Source: the human T2T-CHM13v2.0 reference genome, Homo sapiens. From it: DNA of 64,000 nucleotides. Location of the stretch: NCBI RefSeq assembly GCF_009914755.1, contig NC_060932.1; one strand, given 5' to 3'. Under the pieces are notes generated by a model. The model was given only the letters and a program-made list of their open reading frames with translations. It did no database searches and had not been told where the DNA came from. Below are positions 10,611 to 24,279 of the stretch, piece after piece. Position numbers and translations under genes: made by a program. Numbering within the stretch: the first letter of the stretch is position 1; the number at the start of each line of letters is the position of its first letter.

Positions 10611-13039
10611 CCAGTGCCTGTCTCTAAGCCTCCCGTCAGCTTGGGCATTCAATCTTTGCCTAAAGAGCAGAGAATGGACATTCTTCATTTTCTGTGGCAG
10701 CAAAGAAACAACAAGGAATGAGTTGCATTTACTGGGGACCTTTTATCCAGAGAGTCTTAAGGTGCTTGCTAAGGTTCCCCTCATTAAACCAAAGGGAGCA
10801 GGTAGGTCATATATTCAATTAGGGAAAATGAGGAACAGAGAAGAAATCAATGCCACAGTCAACGATGCCAAAAGGGCAGACTGGAACATCAGCCTTTGGG
10901 CTCATGGGCCGAAATTGTGCTCTGGAGCTTGAGCTGTAAAATAAGAGAAGATACCTTCAGTCCTCTCACTGCAGAAAGTTTTGGTGTCTGGTGACGTGCT
11001 GTTTTTAACACAAAAATAAGAAGGATAATATTAGAGCTGTTGCCTGTTAAGAAAACATGTTCTTCTTACAGGACAAAATTGCAGTCGTATATCTTCTTTA
11101 ATTGATACTAGATTTTATTGCAGAACGTTAAAATGTTAATGTGTCCATAAATCTTTTTCATACTTTCAGAAAAATGTCTGTATTAGGAACACACTGTACA
11201 AGGATGAAGGCAAGAGAAAGGAAAAATGAATCCAGAATATACATTATTAATTTTTTAGGAAGGAAGCAAAATGGTGCCTCATAAAGGAAATTAGAAAAAA
11301 GTTAAACAGCTGGGATTTCTGATTTCCTTTAAAGAAGAATCTGCTAGTTTGAGAGATATCCTTACAGAGTCAACTATTTTGATGCAGGGAACAAAAAGTG
11401 AGCAGATAATGGAAATGGGCTTGTGATATACAGGTCAGCTCTTAACAGCCACTGGCAGAAGGTGTGATGCCTCCAGCAGGGGCAAACAGTGAGCTGAGGG
11501 TCCTGTCACATCACGCAGAGCCATGGAATTGGGGCATGGTACAGATGACAGGGCCTGCCCAGGAGTTGGGGAAGTCTGGCCTAAATCCTGCTGTGCCGTC
11601 TCCACTGTGTGATTGCTGACAAATTCCGGCAAGCACTCAGAGCCTCAGTTTCCAATGTGCCAGATGCAAAGAGCATCTGCAGGCTTGGGGCACGGTTAGA
11701 GAGATGCTTTATAAAAAGTGCTTACAATGTAATAGGGAATTATCATCTTTTAGGGTATCAATCAAATAATGGTTTGGGGTCAAACCCAAAGTAATGGGAG
11801 AGCAAAGAGTCATGCCTGGGAGGAGAGGCCACAGCTCCTGACTTGGTCTGGTGCTGGGCATCCTGCCCTCTGCCCACCTGCCTGCAGTCCTCCTGCCTGT
11901 GCCGTGGAGCCTGTCTGACTCGGTCTGTAATGCCAGGGAAGGTTCAGCAGCACAGGGGCCTATGGTAAGGCCTGTCTCTATCTTCACCCTTCAGTCCAGC
12001 CTCTGATTCCAAAAGGAAGCAAGCTTTCAGGAAAAAGGAACTATGGCCTTTTGCTGGCCCCCATTTTAATTACCATTCTAATTCCCTTTCCTGCTGATGC
12101 TGTCAGAACATCCTTATATGTGGGATCTGGACTCTGCTAAGGCCAGTTCCACATGGCAGTGACCACTCTTCAACACTCAGGCTCGCCTCATATCTCTTTT
12201 CTGCTCTGAGCATTTCCATTCAGATTATATGGCAGGAACTGCAAGCACTCTCTATTCCTGGTGGAGAAATTTACACATGTTTATTCATAACCTGCCTATT
12301 TCCCCCATTTTATTTCTGCCCTTCGTTAACCTCATTCGGCCTGAACACAGAAAGAATAATTTCCTCACCTCTGGTTGCTCAGTTCACAACCTCTATCCAG
12401 TGCCTGGATTCATCTTACACGACAAATGTAATTCACTGGCTCTCACTGTATTCAGCTACTCCGTAAATTCAGACCCATCCTATTTAATGTGAGAAGGGAT
12501 TTATTTGAGATTGTTTAAAAACTGATCAATGTCCGCATTAAAATCCCATACATATGATATAACGCTTATTAGATATTTTCATGTCAATCAGGAGAGAATA
12601 TCAAATTTATTTTATATATATATCACTCCAAATGAATCCAAGTCTCTCTGAGAGCATCACAGACCTAAATCTGTGTGACTGATGGCGTGTTAGCAGCTCC
12701 AGAGTGCCTTCATTTTAATTATTCTGATCTAGGAAAAAAGAAAAGATGATTATCTCAGTGACAAAAAATAAATATTCTTCTTTTCTTTGTAAGATTCTCA
12801 GGAGGAAACTGTTCTTGGAGGGCAGGGGCATAAGAGGGAAGAAGCCGTGGTTACAGAGCAGAGACACAATGGCCTCAGTCCAAGGCTGCATTTAAGTTTG
12901 GATGCCCTTGGTGTGCTTTCTGGTCTGTAAAATTAGAGCACAAGAAAACAGATGACTATTAAAGAGTAAGCTTGCATAATGCAGTTTATTGACATTTCAG
13001 CCTCTCAACCTAGGGTTCAACTATTAAGGCTTATGATAT

Positions 13040-13990
13040 AGGACTGTTGCCTTTATCAATAAACAAAGACTCTCTAGCAGACCAGTACAGAATTCAGTGG
13101 CTTAAAATAAATCAGCATTTATGATGGCTCACGTGTCTGTGGTCAGCCGGTGGGCCGGCTGAGAACCAGCTGGTCTAGGATGGCCTCTCTCACATCTGGC
13201 AGTTGGACGGCTATTGGCTGAGCTGATGGAATTGCCTGGTCAGGTGCCTTTTGTCATCCAGCAGTCCAGCCTGGTATAATAGGCTCAAAAATGGCCCCCT
13301 CAGAGTTGTCCATGTCCTACTGCTCAGAACTCATGAATATATTACCTCGCATGGTAAAAGGGACCCTGCAAATGTGTCTTGAGATGGGGAGATTATCCCA
13401 GATTATCTGGGTGGGCCCAGCGTATTCACAAGGGCTCTTATAAGAGGGAGGCAGGAGGATCAGAGTCTAGAGAGAAAACATAAGGATAAAAGCAGAGGGA
13501 AGATGCAACATTGCTGGCTTTGAGATGGTGGAAAAAGGGTCCATGAGCCAGGAAATGTAGGTGGCCTCTAAAGCTGAAAGAGGCAAGGAATCAAGTTCTC
13601 CCCCAGTGCCTCCTGAAGGACCACAGCATTGCAGGCCCATTTTAGACTCTGACCTCCAGAACTGTGAGAGAATAAATACGTGCTCCTTTAAAATACTCAG
13701 TGGTTATTTGTACAGCAGCGATAGCAGGGAAATGCAGCTGGACTTAACACAGCAGGAGCAGGGTTCCGTGAGAGCACGTGGAGCGAGTCCCAGGCCCAGG
13801 ATTGTCACTGTCATTTCTGCCGCATTCGATTGGGCAAAGAAGTCACAAGGCCAGGTCAGATGCAAAGGATGGAGGAATAGACCTCAACTCTTGGTGGTGG
13901 AAGGTCAAAGAAGCTGTAAAGTCATATTTCAAGGGAGAGGACACAGGAAGAGTAAAGAATTATGGCCACGTTTTTTGTAGTCAGTCTACC
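13040..13990. mobile_element. Nested MaLR LTRs: MLT1D-like (~13272-13740) inside an older MLT1-like LTR
   Basis: Inner: aatggcccc...catggtaaaagggacc...gattatctgggtgggccc...ctgacctccagaactgtgagagaataaat; outer: agtggcttaaaataa...aagtcacaaggccagg. Confidence 0.65.
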
Positions 13991-14073
13991 ACCATGGCCT
14001 TTACGAAGGTCAGAGGACATTCAAAAGTAATTTCTGACCTTGGTTTCTTTTTCATTTTCAGGACGCAGGGAGC

Positions 14074-15102
14074 ATGGGTATCTGGACCTCAGGCACTGAT
14101 ATCTTCCTAAGTCTTTGGGAGATTTACGTGTCTCCAAGAAGCCCCGGATGGATGGACTTTATCCAGCATTTGGGAGTTTGCTGTTTGGTTGCTCTTATTT
14201 CAGTGGGCCTCCTGTCTGTGGCCGCCTGCTGGTTTCTGCCATCAATCATAGCGGCCGCTGCCTCCTGGATTATCACGTGTGTTCTGCTGTGTTGCTCCAA
14301 GCATGCACGATGTTTTATTCTTCTTGTCTTTCTCTCTTGTGGCCTGCGTGAAGGCAGGAATGCTTTGATTGCAGCTGGCACAGGGATCGTCATCTTGGGA
14401 CACGTAGAAAATATTTTTCACAACTTTAAAGGTCTCCTAGATGGTATGACTTGCAACCTAAGGGCAAAGAGCTTTTCCATACATTTTCCACTTTTGAAAA
14501 AATATATTGAGGCAATTCAGTGGATTTATGGCCTTGCCACTCCACTAAGTGTATTTGATGACCTTGTTTCTTGGAACCAGACCCTGGCAGTCTCTCTTTT
14601 CAGTCCCAGCCATGTCCTGGAGGCACAGCTAAATGACAGCAAAGGGGAAGTCCTGAGCGTCTTGTACCAGATGGCAACAACCACAGAGGTGTTGTCCTCC
14701 CTGGGTCAGAAGCTACTTGCCTTTGCAGGGCTTTCGCTCGTCCTGCTTGGCACTGGCCTCTTCATGAAGCGATTTTTGGGCCCTTGTGGTTGGAAGTATG
14801 AAAACATCTACATCACCAGACAATTTGTTCAGTTTGATGAAAGGGAGAGACATCAACAGAGGCCCTGTGTGCTCCCGCTGAATAAGGAGGAAAGGAGGAA
14901 GTATGTCATCATCCCGACTTTCTGGCCGACTCCTAAAGAAAGGAAAAACCTGGGGCTGTTTTTCCTCCCCATACTTATCCATCTCTGCATCTGGGTGCTG
15001 TTTGCAGCTGTAGATTATCTGCTGTATCGGCTCATTTTCTCAGTGAGCAAGCAGTTTCAAAGCTTGCCAGGGTTTGAGGTTCACTTGAAACTGCACGGAG
15101 AG
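14074..15102 (+). CDS. DCSTAMP: DC-STAMP (dendrocyte expressed seven transmembrane protein) first coding exon (exon 2), aa 1-343
   Basis: Acceptor ttttcag|GACGCAG at 14062; ORF MGIWTSGTDIFLSLWEIYVSPRSPGWMDF...LKLHGE with several hydrophobic TM segments; donor GAG|GTAGGG at 15103, phase 0. Confidence 0.97.
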
Positions 15103-15301
15103 GTAGGGCCCACAGGTACTTCTCATGGTTTATCCCGGCTATTTGCTGGTCTGTCTTGCAAAAGATCATGAACCTCCCGAGGCAGGGCAGTGGCTCATTC
15201 ACCTTTGCATCCTTGGTGCCCAGCATAGTGCTTGGCACATAGAAGGAACCCAACAATTGCAGGTCAAATTGAATCGAAGTCCCAATGTTAGGGTGTGATT
15301 C

Positions 15302-15742
15302 TGCATTAGTTCCCTGTGGCTGCTGTGACAAATGGCCAATAATTGAATGGCTTAAAATAACAGAAGTTTATTCTTGGATAGTTCTGGGGGGAGAAGTATG
15401 AAGTGAGTGTCGCTGGCCTGAAATCCAGGTGCTGTTGCCGCTCTTTGCATCTTCCAGATTCTAGTGGCCGATGGCATCCCTTTGCCTGTGACCACATCAC
15501 TCCCGTCTCTGCTCTGTCATCGCATCACTTTCTTCTTTGCATGTGGAAAATCTCTCTCTGCCTCTGTCTTAAAGAATCTGTATGACTGTATTAGGACTTT
15601 CCAGTATAATCCAGGGTAATTTCTCTATCTCAAGATCTTTGACTTAATAACATTTGCAAAGATCCTTTTTCCAAATAAAGTAACATTAACAGTTCCAGGC
15701 ACTAAGATCTTATATCTTCAGGGCATCATCCAGCCTCCTACA
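15302..15742 (-). mobile_element. MLT1C/D-like MaLR solo LTR
   Basis: tgcattagttccctgtggctgctgtgacaaat...ggcttaaaataacagaagtttattct...ataatccagggtaatttctctatctcaagatc. Confidence 0.75.
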
Positions 15743-16089
15743 GTCAACAAACACTGAAATGTGGAAATAAGTATCTCTGAGGTTGAACATGAAGTGGATT
15801 CCCAAGCAGGACTATCCGGCGTGAACCTAAGAGACACGGATTTAGGGTCTGCCTTCCTCTCATCCTCAAGCTTAGGCAAGTAGACTTCAAGCACCTTCTC
15901 TGAGTGAGAACTTTTCTGTGCATCTTGAGTCCTTATCAAATACAAGAGTGTTCCCAAGGCATCAGTGCAATGTTTAAAAGGATGATTGTTGAAAAGGGCT
16001 CCTAAGTTACCCAGTAAAATGGCTGGTGCTAGTAGCTGATAGCACCCACTTTTAAAAATGCTACACAGCTACACTTCGGTTTTTTGAGA

Positions 16090-16470
16090 CAGATTGGATT
16101 ACTAGTTCTCAATTTTAAATGTGTGTTAAGAATTGCCTGAGTTGGACATAGAGTTTCAGGCCTCGATTTACACAGATTTTGTTTTAACTGGGAGAGCATT
16201 TTAAATGAGCATGCCTGTGATTTCAAGGTAGGTGGTTCATAGACCACATTTTGAGCAACTCTGGTCTAGGTCTTAGAAAGCAAGGACCCGCTAACCCAGA
16301 GGTCCTCAACCTTGGATACAGAGTTGCATCACTGCAGAGTTGAACTAACAAAGCAACTCAATTCCTCTCTCCAGAATCACCAGATTCTGTTTTAATTGGA
16401 CTGCGGCGAGAGATTTTTAAAACCTCCCAGAGTAATTCTAATGTGCAGCCAAGATTGAGAACCCCTGTTC
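16090..16470. mobile_element. MER5-like hAT MITE fragments (two)
   Basis: agttctcaa...agaccacattttgag; ggtcctcaaccttgg...attctaatgtgcagccaagattgagaacc. Confidence 0.6.
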
Positions 16471-16901
16471 TAAACCCCTCACTCCAAGAACAAAGCCAGA
16501 AAGTTAACACCTAATTGCCATCAGATGGATCTGTGACAAATCTTCATTAGCCAGGATAGCATCTGTGTCTGAGCTGGTGCCTCCCGCATCTTGAGGGATG
16601 TGGCTTTCTCTCCTCTATTCTCCTTCTCTCTCCTCTTGGCAGCCATGGACAAACAGAGAAGATGGTGGGGATGGGGCATCCCATCGTTTATCTTTTCTTT
16701 TCCATTTTCTCTGTGGATATTTGTGCTTATGCTGACATTTCAGACGATCTGGATATTGTGAGACACTTGTCTTATTGTTTTTTAAACCCAGAAATTGCCA
16801 GGCTGAATGACGTGGTGTGTGTATGCACATGTATGGGTGTGTATGTGCATGTGTGTGATGCATGCTGGGTTAAGTACACTAGCCCAGGCTGGCAAAAATA
16901 A

Positions 16902-17430
16902 TGCAGGTGAACCCCAAAATTGGGGCTTAGCCTAGGAGGGTTCTTGGCTTTGCTTGGGAAAGAATTCAAGAGTGAGCTGACAGTGAAAGAAAGCAAGTTT
17001 ATTAGAACAGAGTACAGCAAAATGACTGCTCCATAGGCAGAGAAAGACTATCGCATAGGCAGAGTGGCCCAGAGTAGCACTCATGGATTGCTGATCTCTT
17101 ATATTTATACCTAGTCTTAATTTTATGCTAATTATGGAGTGGGTTATTCATGAGCTTTCTGGAAAAAGGGTGGGGAGTTCCCAAGCCATGTAAGACAACT
17201 TCTGGGTTATTGCCATGGCCTCATTTGTAAGCTGTCATGGTGCTGGTAGGAGTGCCTTATGCAAATATATTATAATTAGCATATAATGAGCAGTGAGGAC
17301 AACTCGAGGTTTTTTTTCATCACCATCTTGGTCCTAGCTGATTTTGGCTGGTTTCTTTGTTATATCTTGTTTCTATCCACAGGGTCATGACAGAGGCTCA
17401 GTAAACAAGTCCTGCTTATCTCCTGCCTCA
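16902..17430 (-). mobile_element. ERV1 solo LTR, MER41-family-like
   Basis: TG...CA termini; minus strand reads accaagatggtgatg...gtcctcactgctcattatatgctaattataat...ccagcaccatgacagcttacaaatg, resembling MER41 U3. Confidence 0.65.
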
Positions 17431-20397
17431 AAAACACCAACAGCTGTTTCTTTTTTTAAAAAGATTATTACTTTTAACTTTTATTGTTATTTTTAATTGA
17501 CACATAATCATTGTACATATTTATGGGGTATCCAGTAGCTGTTTCCACAGGTCTGATTTGCCCTACTATTCCTCAAGCTGCAATAGGCTGTGCCAGCTGC
17601 TGGGGAATTCATGGAGGAAAAACGGCCACAATGTTGCCTGCAAACCCTCCCATGAAGCCCCACTTGCCATTTCTCTCTTTCTCTCTCAGGGCCTTAAATC
17701 CTCCTGCTGCATTCACACTTTTCCTCCCTTTTCCTCTGGCTCAGCAGATCTAGTCCCATGGCTCCTGCCCTCCTAAGCCTGGGCTGCTTCTCAGAGTTGA
17801 TTATTCTGAGCTCTCTGAGTCCCCTGAAGAATCCCGTTAATTACAAGGCACCCTGTTGCTCTAGATATTTGGAGCAGGGTGGATAACGGAAGTAGTGTTT
17901 TAGCTGAAAGCCAAACAAGAATTTCAGACATGCTTGATCTTTGGGGGTGGCCAGGAAAAGGGTCTCACTCCTTCACTGCCATTCTCCTCCTGTGTTCTCC
18001 TTTCTTGTCTTCCCCCCTCAATTCTCCCTCTCTCTCCTACATTTTTCTTCTCTCTCATTTACTTCTCTCTCAGCAAGTACCCATGGCTGTGTTGTGAATT
18101 CTCACCATGTTAGATAGAGGGGAAAAAAAAAAGCAAGCTCTGCCTTCCAAAAAAACCCAGCTTTCCAATGACAATGCCCTGACACCTTTGTCTTTGGGCA
18201 TTACTGGCTCCTGGGGGCACAAAGATGTCTAGGTTGTGAGGGCCTCCTTGAGGGGCTTATGTCCTGGGAGGGAGGTCACCATGAACACACGTGAAACAGT
18301 AGGGTGGTGGGCACTGGAACAGATGTGAGTACGAGACTGCTGTGGGAGCGCTTCTCAAACTCTCTCCTGCTGTGTCTGGGAGACTGTGCTGCCAGCAGCC
18401 AGCTTCTGCATGACTGACGATGCCCTGCCCTTATGCCAGGGTGCCCTTGGGGGCTCCTTGTCTTCACCATTGCCTCACATTTGCCAAGGAGAAGTCACAC
18501 AGGAAGAGAAACACTGGCTCAAGGTGTTGCCAATATTTCTCCCTCACTTTAATATGATTTTAATTATGTGTTTTGAATAAAGAAGACGGGAAATGACCCA
18601 GGTAGAGCTAGCTCTGTGGGTGGGCAGTGTGAGTAAAAATAGCCAGAGTTTCTACTTATTGGGCACCTACTATGTTCACTGCACTTGGCTGCATTAACTT
18701 TTCAGGACTGGCTGACAGCAGAGCCTGGCCTCCATTCATTGCTTAGTGTTGTGCCAACAAATTGTTTACTTAAGAGAGGAATATAAATATTGAAACGTTG
18801 GGGTGCCATTTAGTATACTGCTCAGGCATTTTGGAAGAATTAATTTGTCTTCCACATCACCCTCAACCAACCCCACACCAAAGTGTTGACTCAGCCGTTC
18901 TGAAGCCCGGATTCCCAGCTGCAAAATCCCCAGTTAAATTTCTAGACAAAATAACTTTGTCCCAGACCGAACACCCGCTGCTTTCTTATTGCAGGATTTC
19001 TCATCACTGACTCAATCGATATGTTTGTTTCTTCAATAGTATTAAAAAGAGTTCATGTCTTTGCTCTGGGGACTGAAATCTCTCTATTTAATTGTAGGCA
19101 GCCTATCTTTTTAATAAGAGAAAGGGAGAGGCAACACAAATGTTTTTCGTTGCTTCGGCACAGTGCTGGGGAAATTATAGATTTGATTTGGCATTTGTGT
19201 AGAGGTCCCAGGTTTGGGGTTTCCAAAGTCTTCACAGGCACTGGAATAGATCCAAGGTGCCCAGCGTCCGCTGGGTGTAGTTGGGTTCTTTTTGAGAAGT
19301 CATTTACCTTTTCCCAGCCCCAGGGCTCTGTGGCACTAGAGTGATAATAACTTACTAAGCACCCCAGTCTATAAGGCTAATGCTCCTTCCCCAAGGTGTT
19401 TAATTTACACTGGGAGTAGTTTATTCATGGGCAGGATCTGGTCCATTAACTCCTGTTTTGCCAAATTAGAAAAGAAATCCACTGAGAGATTAAATGACTT
19501 TCCCAGGTCAGAGAAAGAAAGAGCTGGATCAGCACACACTTCTCTTGTGGGTGGCTTGGCTGGGTGGCTCAATGTCATCTCCTGCCCTCTGTGTCAGTCT
19601 GCTGAGGGCAACTGGCTTATTCTCTTGCCTTCAAAAAGAAGGAATGTACCTCTCATGAGCATCCAATAGGGATGAGAATTTTTCCTATTTTTAGGACCTG
19701 CCCAAACATGATTTCAGAGTCTCCTTCAATAATGTGGGCTAGAGGGCCAACGTATCAACCCAGAAGGGAATATAGTACACTAAATAAGAATAATCCCCCC
19801 TAAGCTCCAGAAGGTAGATGTAGAACATAATTTAATGCCTCAACATCTCTGTGACCTTGTGGTCTGCTTAAGGGGTATTGGGAGGATATGATGGGGTCCT
19901 AAGGGGCTATGTTCTAAAGCAATCTTCTCCCTGAGTTTAGCTGACTCCCCGCTCTTTCTTTCGCCCCATGTGTGCTAACATGTAGAAACAAGTATTCCAT
20001 GAAAATGAGTTATGTGATCAAATTTGTTAGGAAAACTGCTGCTAAAATTAAAAGATTCCTCTGCCTACTCCTCAGAGCCTTCAACAGTCTAATGGGCATT
20101 GTGATTTTCAAAAGAAGGGATAGAGTAAAAAAAATGTATTTAATACACTTCTCTCAAGGGAATCTTTACTGTATTTCTACAAACCCATTTCAGAAAACAC
20201 TGCAATAGTTACAAATAAGACACATCTCTTCTCCTTTGCTCCAATCATAACACACAAAGGAAGATGTGATAGTTCCTTTGGCCAAAGCTCCCTGTATATT
20301 TGAAGATAGTGCCATGTGCTGCAGGGAAGTACTGAGAAAGACAAGAACTGAGTACAAAAATGGCATGCATCATGATTATTTTATTCTTCCATTTTAG

Positions 20398-20706
20398 AAA
20401 CAAGGAACTCAAGATATTATCCATGATTCTTCCTTTAATATATCTGTGTTTGAACCCAACTGTATCCCAAAACCAAAATTCCTTCTATCTGAGACCTGGG
20501 TTCCTCTCAGTGTTATTCTTTTGATATTAGTGATGCTGGGACTGTTGTCCTCTATCCTTATGCAACTTAAAATCCTGGTGTCAGCATCTTTCTACCCCAG
20601 CGTGGAGAGGAAGCGCATCCAATATCTGCATGCAAAGCTGCTTAAAAAAAGATCAAAGCAGCCGCTGGGAGAAGTCAAAAGACGGCTGAGTCTCTATCTT
20701 ACAAAG
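20398..20706 (+). CDS. DCSTAMP: DC-STAMP exon 3, aa 344-446 (last TM segment, ITIM-like SFYPSV, basic tail)
   Basis: Acceptor ttccattttag|AAA; KQGTQDIIHDSSFNISVFEPNCIPKPK...SFYPSV (20587-20604)...SLYLTK; donor AAG|GTAAGG; 309 nt, phase 0/0. Confidence 0.96.
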
Positions 20707-21644
20707 GTAAGGCCAAGATGGTGGTGTAACCTCCAATTGAGGAAGTGTTGAGTTTGGAGGGAAATGGGAAAGGGGACTTCGAAGCATTTAATGCTTCAAC
20801 TTCACATCAGGGCTTGTACCCCAGCAGTAGATAGGACATTGAGGAAAAATGAACAAACGTACGTGGCTAGGACTCTTAACTCTGTGATTTGAATGCTGAT
20901 CCAAAGGATACTACAAGATATCTTAAAATATTGGTTTCAAGAAAGTATGTTCAGTCATTGTAGAGAGGCGACTGGAGAGGTCCTTAGTGTTGACTAGTAA
21001 AGGACAAAGCACAGTAAGATATGCTTTCCTAGGTAAAGAAAAAACAGACAGGGAAATGTCTACTATAGCTTTGTAAACGCCAAAGAATTTGTTCATTTTC
21101 CAGTGTGTGTTTGTGTGTGTATATATAGAGAGAGGATATACAAAAATATAATATATACACAAATATATAAATAAAAACATGACTCATACATAAAATGGAC
21201 ATATATCAAAAATTTTACGTAATTTAATACATATTTATTAATGAGGGAATGGTAAGAAAAATTAGAACCAAAGAATAATTCAAAGAACACACATATATAT
21301 AGGCCATCAGGAATACCAAACGAATTTGCTTAATAGATGCAAAACTGTCTTTTTCTTTAAGGGTGGATGGGAGGGGTCAGTTGTATGCTACTGGACGGAG
21401 ATCATGTGCATGTCATGGACAAGAATCACTCACATTGTTTCTATCAGCCATCTGCAACTTACAGAATTGGGAAATAGCCCATAGACAATGGAAGACCAAC
21501 ATAACCCACAAAAATAAGCTTGTCTATTTCAGTCTTTTGCTGTTTTTCCCAACATCTTTAACCCCACAATGAAAAATTGATGTCAGAGGCATTTAAAATG
21601 ACTCCAACTCCAATGCCCATTTATCCACTTTTCTGTCTCTTCAG

Positions 21645-21719
21645 ATTCATTTCTGGCTTCCAGTCCTGAAAATGATTAGGAAGAAGCAAATGGACATGGC
21701 AAGTGCAGACAAGTCATGA
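21645..21719 (+). CDS. DCSTAMP: DC-STAMP exon 4 coding part, aa 447-470 plus stop
   Basis: Acceptor ctgtctcttcag|ATT; IHFWLPVLKMIRKKQMDMASADKS-TGA; spliced total 343+103+24 = 470 aa, the known length. Confidence 0.95.
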   Translation: MHFWLPVLKMIRKKQMDMASADKS

Positions 21720-22185
21720 GAGACCCCGACTACTCCTCAGCCACATCGCACCAACAATTCTCTTCAGGTCTAGGATGGCAGTCACTATTCATGCCGGATA
21801 ATAGAGAACTATGTGACGCAGTCCTCTCAGGAGTCTGAGTTTACAGAGCCAACTTGCAGCACCTGGTTATGCCTCCTTTCATCTCAAAGCCAAAGAGCTG
21901 CCAGGTAAATGGTTATGTGGTCTATGTTCCAAACAAACCACATGATCTTGCCTGTGTCACAATGTAACAAGACTCTAGCTGGGTCCCCTGGTGATGAGTT
22001 TCAGCATAGAATAATGTTCAAGGAAAAGAAAACGAAAACAGTTTAAATCTCTACCACAGCCTCACAAGCAAATGCTAAGGGGAACATACATGTAAAAAGC
22101 CAGCAAACTATCTTCAAACTCTTCCGTCCTTAATGTCTTCCATGGCTATTGCCCCCACAATGGTCTCTTTTCTCCCTGCTCCCTT

Positions 22186-22191
22186 ATTAAA
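22186..22191 (+). terminator. DCSTAMP: DCSTAMP poly(A) signal (ATTAAA); 3'UTR ~21720-22210
   Basis: ATTAAA about 470 nt after the stop, followed by GU/U-rich ttgtttcttc. Confidence 0.7.
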
Positions 22192-22369
22192 GAACTCTTT
22201 CTGAAACCCAGTCCTAGCAGCAACTTGTTTCTTCTTACCACCGCCTGCACTTCTGCCCTCTACCTGCCTCTATTTTGTTTTCTCCTCTTTTAGCAAATCC
22301 CCTGGCTGGTATTTATGACAGGGTGGCCTACGGACCATGTGCATTAAAATTATATACAATTCTTGTTAA

Positions 22370-22749
<380 letters not shown>

Positions 22750-24279
22750 CCATATCACTTTTAACGAGTCACAGGACACACTGTCTTTATCTGTTAGGCA
22801 GGTTTGCCCTCAGTCTGAAGTGCTCTTCCATGTTGGAAGGACAGACTGGAAAGCAGTGCTGTCACCAAAGGCAATTTTGATCTTGAAAACAGGATTTAGA
22901 CTAGCTCATTAGGGTCCATTTCACTTGGATGGGAAATGCTTATTTAATTGCAGCTTATTCACTTTGATTTAAATGAATGTTAAGTTAAATTTCTTGAGAA
23001 ATCCATTGTGAAATGTGCTCTGTTAATCTTACAGAGGCAGAAAGGTACTGCCCAAGGCAATTTCATAGAGCACCCTTTTTTCACCTCTAATTGTAATGGC
23101 CTATAAAAGTATATTGCATTATCCCCTAAATCACCATTTCTCATCTCACAAATCTCTGTCTGGTGCCATATTTTGTTAGGAGCTGTCAAGTGTCTTTCTG
23201 ATGTGCTTACTAACTCTGTTGTCAGTTGAGTTTCTCTTTGACAGCAAGACATGGGAATTCTAAACACCTTCATGAGAACAGGTCTCTCTTATTGTTCTAC
23301 CTGGGATAAAAAAAAATGTTATCTTTCCTCTTCTCAGATTCTGTATCTACTACTTTGTCTGTTGGGACCTAATCAATCATAATTATAATATGGGATATGT
23401 TGAAGTCCTCACATGTCACATATTTTTGTCTTAATTTACTTAAGAGAAAGAAGTACACATATCTCACCCCAAGAAAGTAAGAACTAGCTTTCTCAGCCAA
23501 ACTCAATAATAGTGATTCCCAAAAAGTAGTAAAGACTACTGAAGTCAATTGGTGAGATTATAGTATGGAAGAGAGGAACTGGCTGAAAAAATGAGTGTGG
23601 GTTGAATGTAGCTAAAGAATCTCTGAAATCTCTGCCATCTCCTTAATATGTTTTTAAAATGTGTTTTTTAAATATGTATATATTTAAAAGCCTGTATTAT
23701 ATTAGGCTAATATAACCCCCACACAGAGGGGAGGAAAATTTTAAATTAACAGGTGGCTGAGGCTTTTCCAAGTTTTCCCAGCTCAAAACCCCTTTTGGTT
23801 TCAATCCATCGTGATTGCAGTGACATTGTTAAAAGCAGGAAAGAAAAGGAGGTGAGTAACTGGGTAGTGGGGAAAATGTATGACCTTTTATGATCTCAAT
23901 TCTGAGTGTCCATGAACTTTTTACTTTTGTACTCAGGGAGCAGAAGAAATCAGAATTGAATTTGTCATTGGAGCACTCTGTGAAATGCAAATAGAAAGCA
24001 AAAAAGGCAATGACAGAGATAAAAGCATAACAAGCCACATTCACTGCAATTAAGGCAGAAGGTGTTTGCACCACTTTCCTGGATGCTGAGAAAATACATT
24101 GTGATGAAGGAAGTGCCCCTACCCCTGCACTCAGCCTCATTTGACAAAGACAGAGAAGAGCACGCACACTGACCAAAGCGTAGGGCTCAGGTGGTGGACA
24201 GGTTTAGAGGACTTAGAGGAGGACCAGGAAAGACTGAGACAAAGACGCAGGGCCTTGCCTGCTCACTGGTTCTCTAGGG

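Noticed and set aside
15103-15171. ORF-track extension of DCSTAMP to 365 aa (VGPTGTSHG...)
   Set aside because: Read-through past the GAG|GTAGGG donor into intron 2; splicing gives the known 470-aa protein
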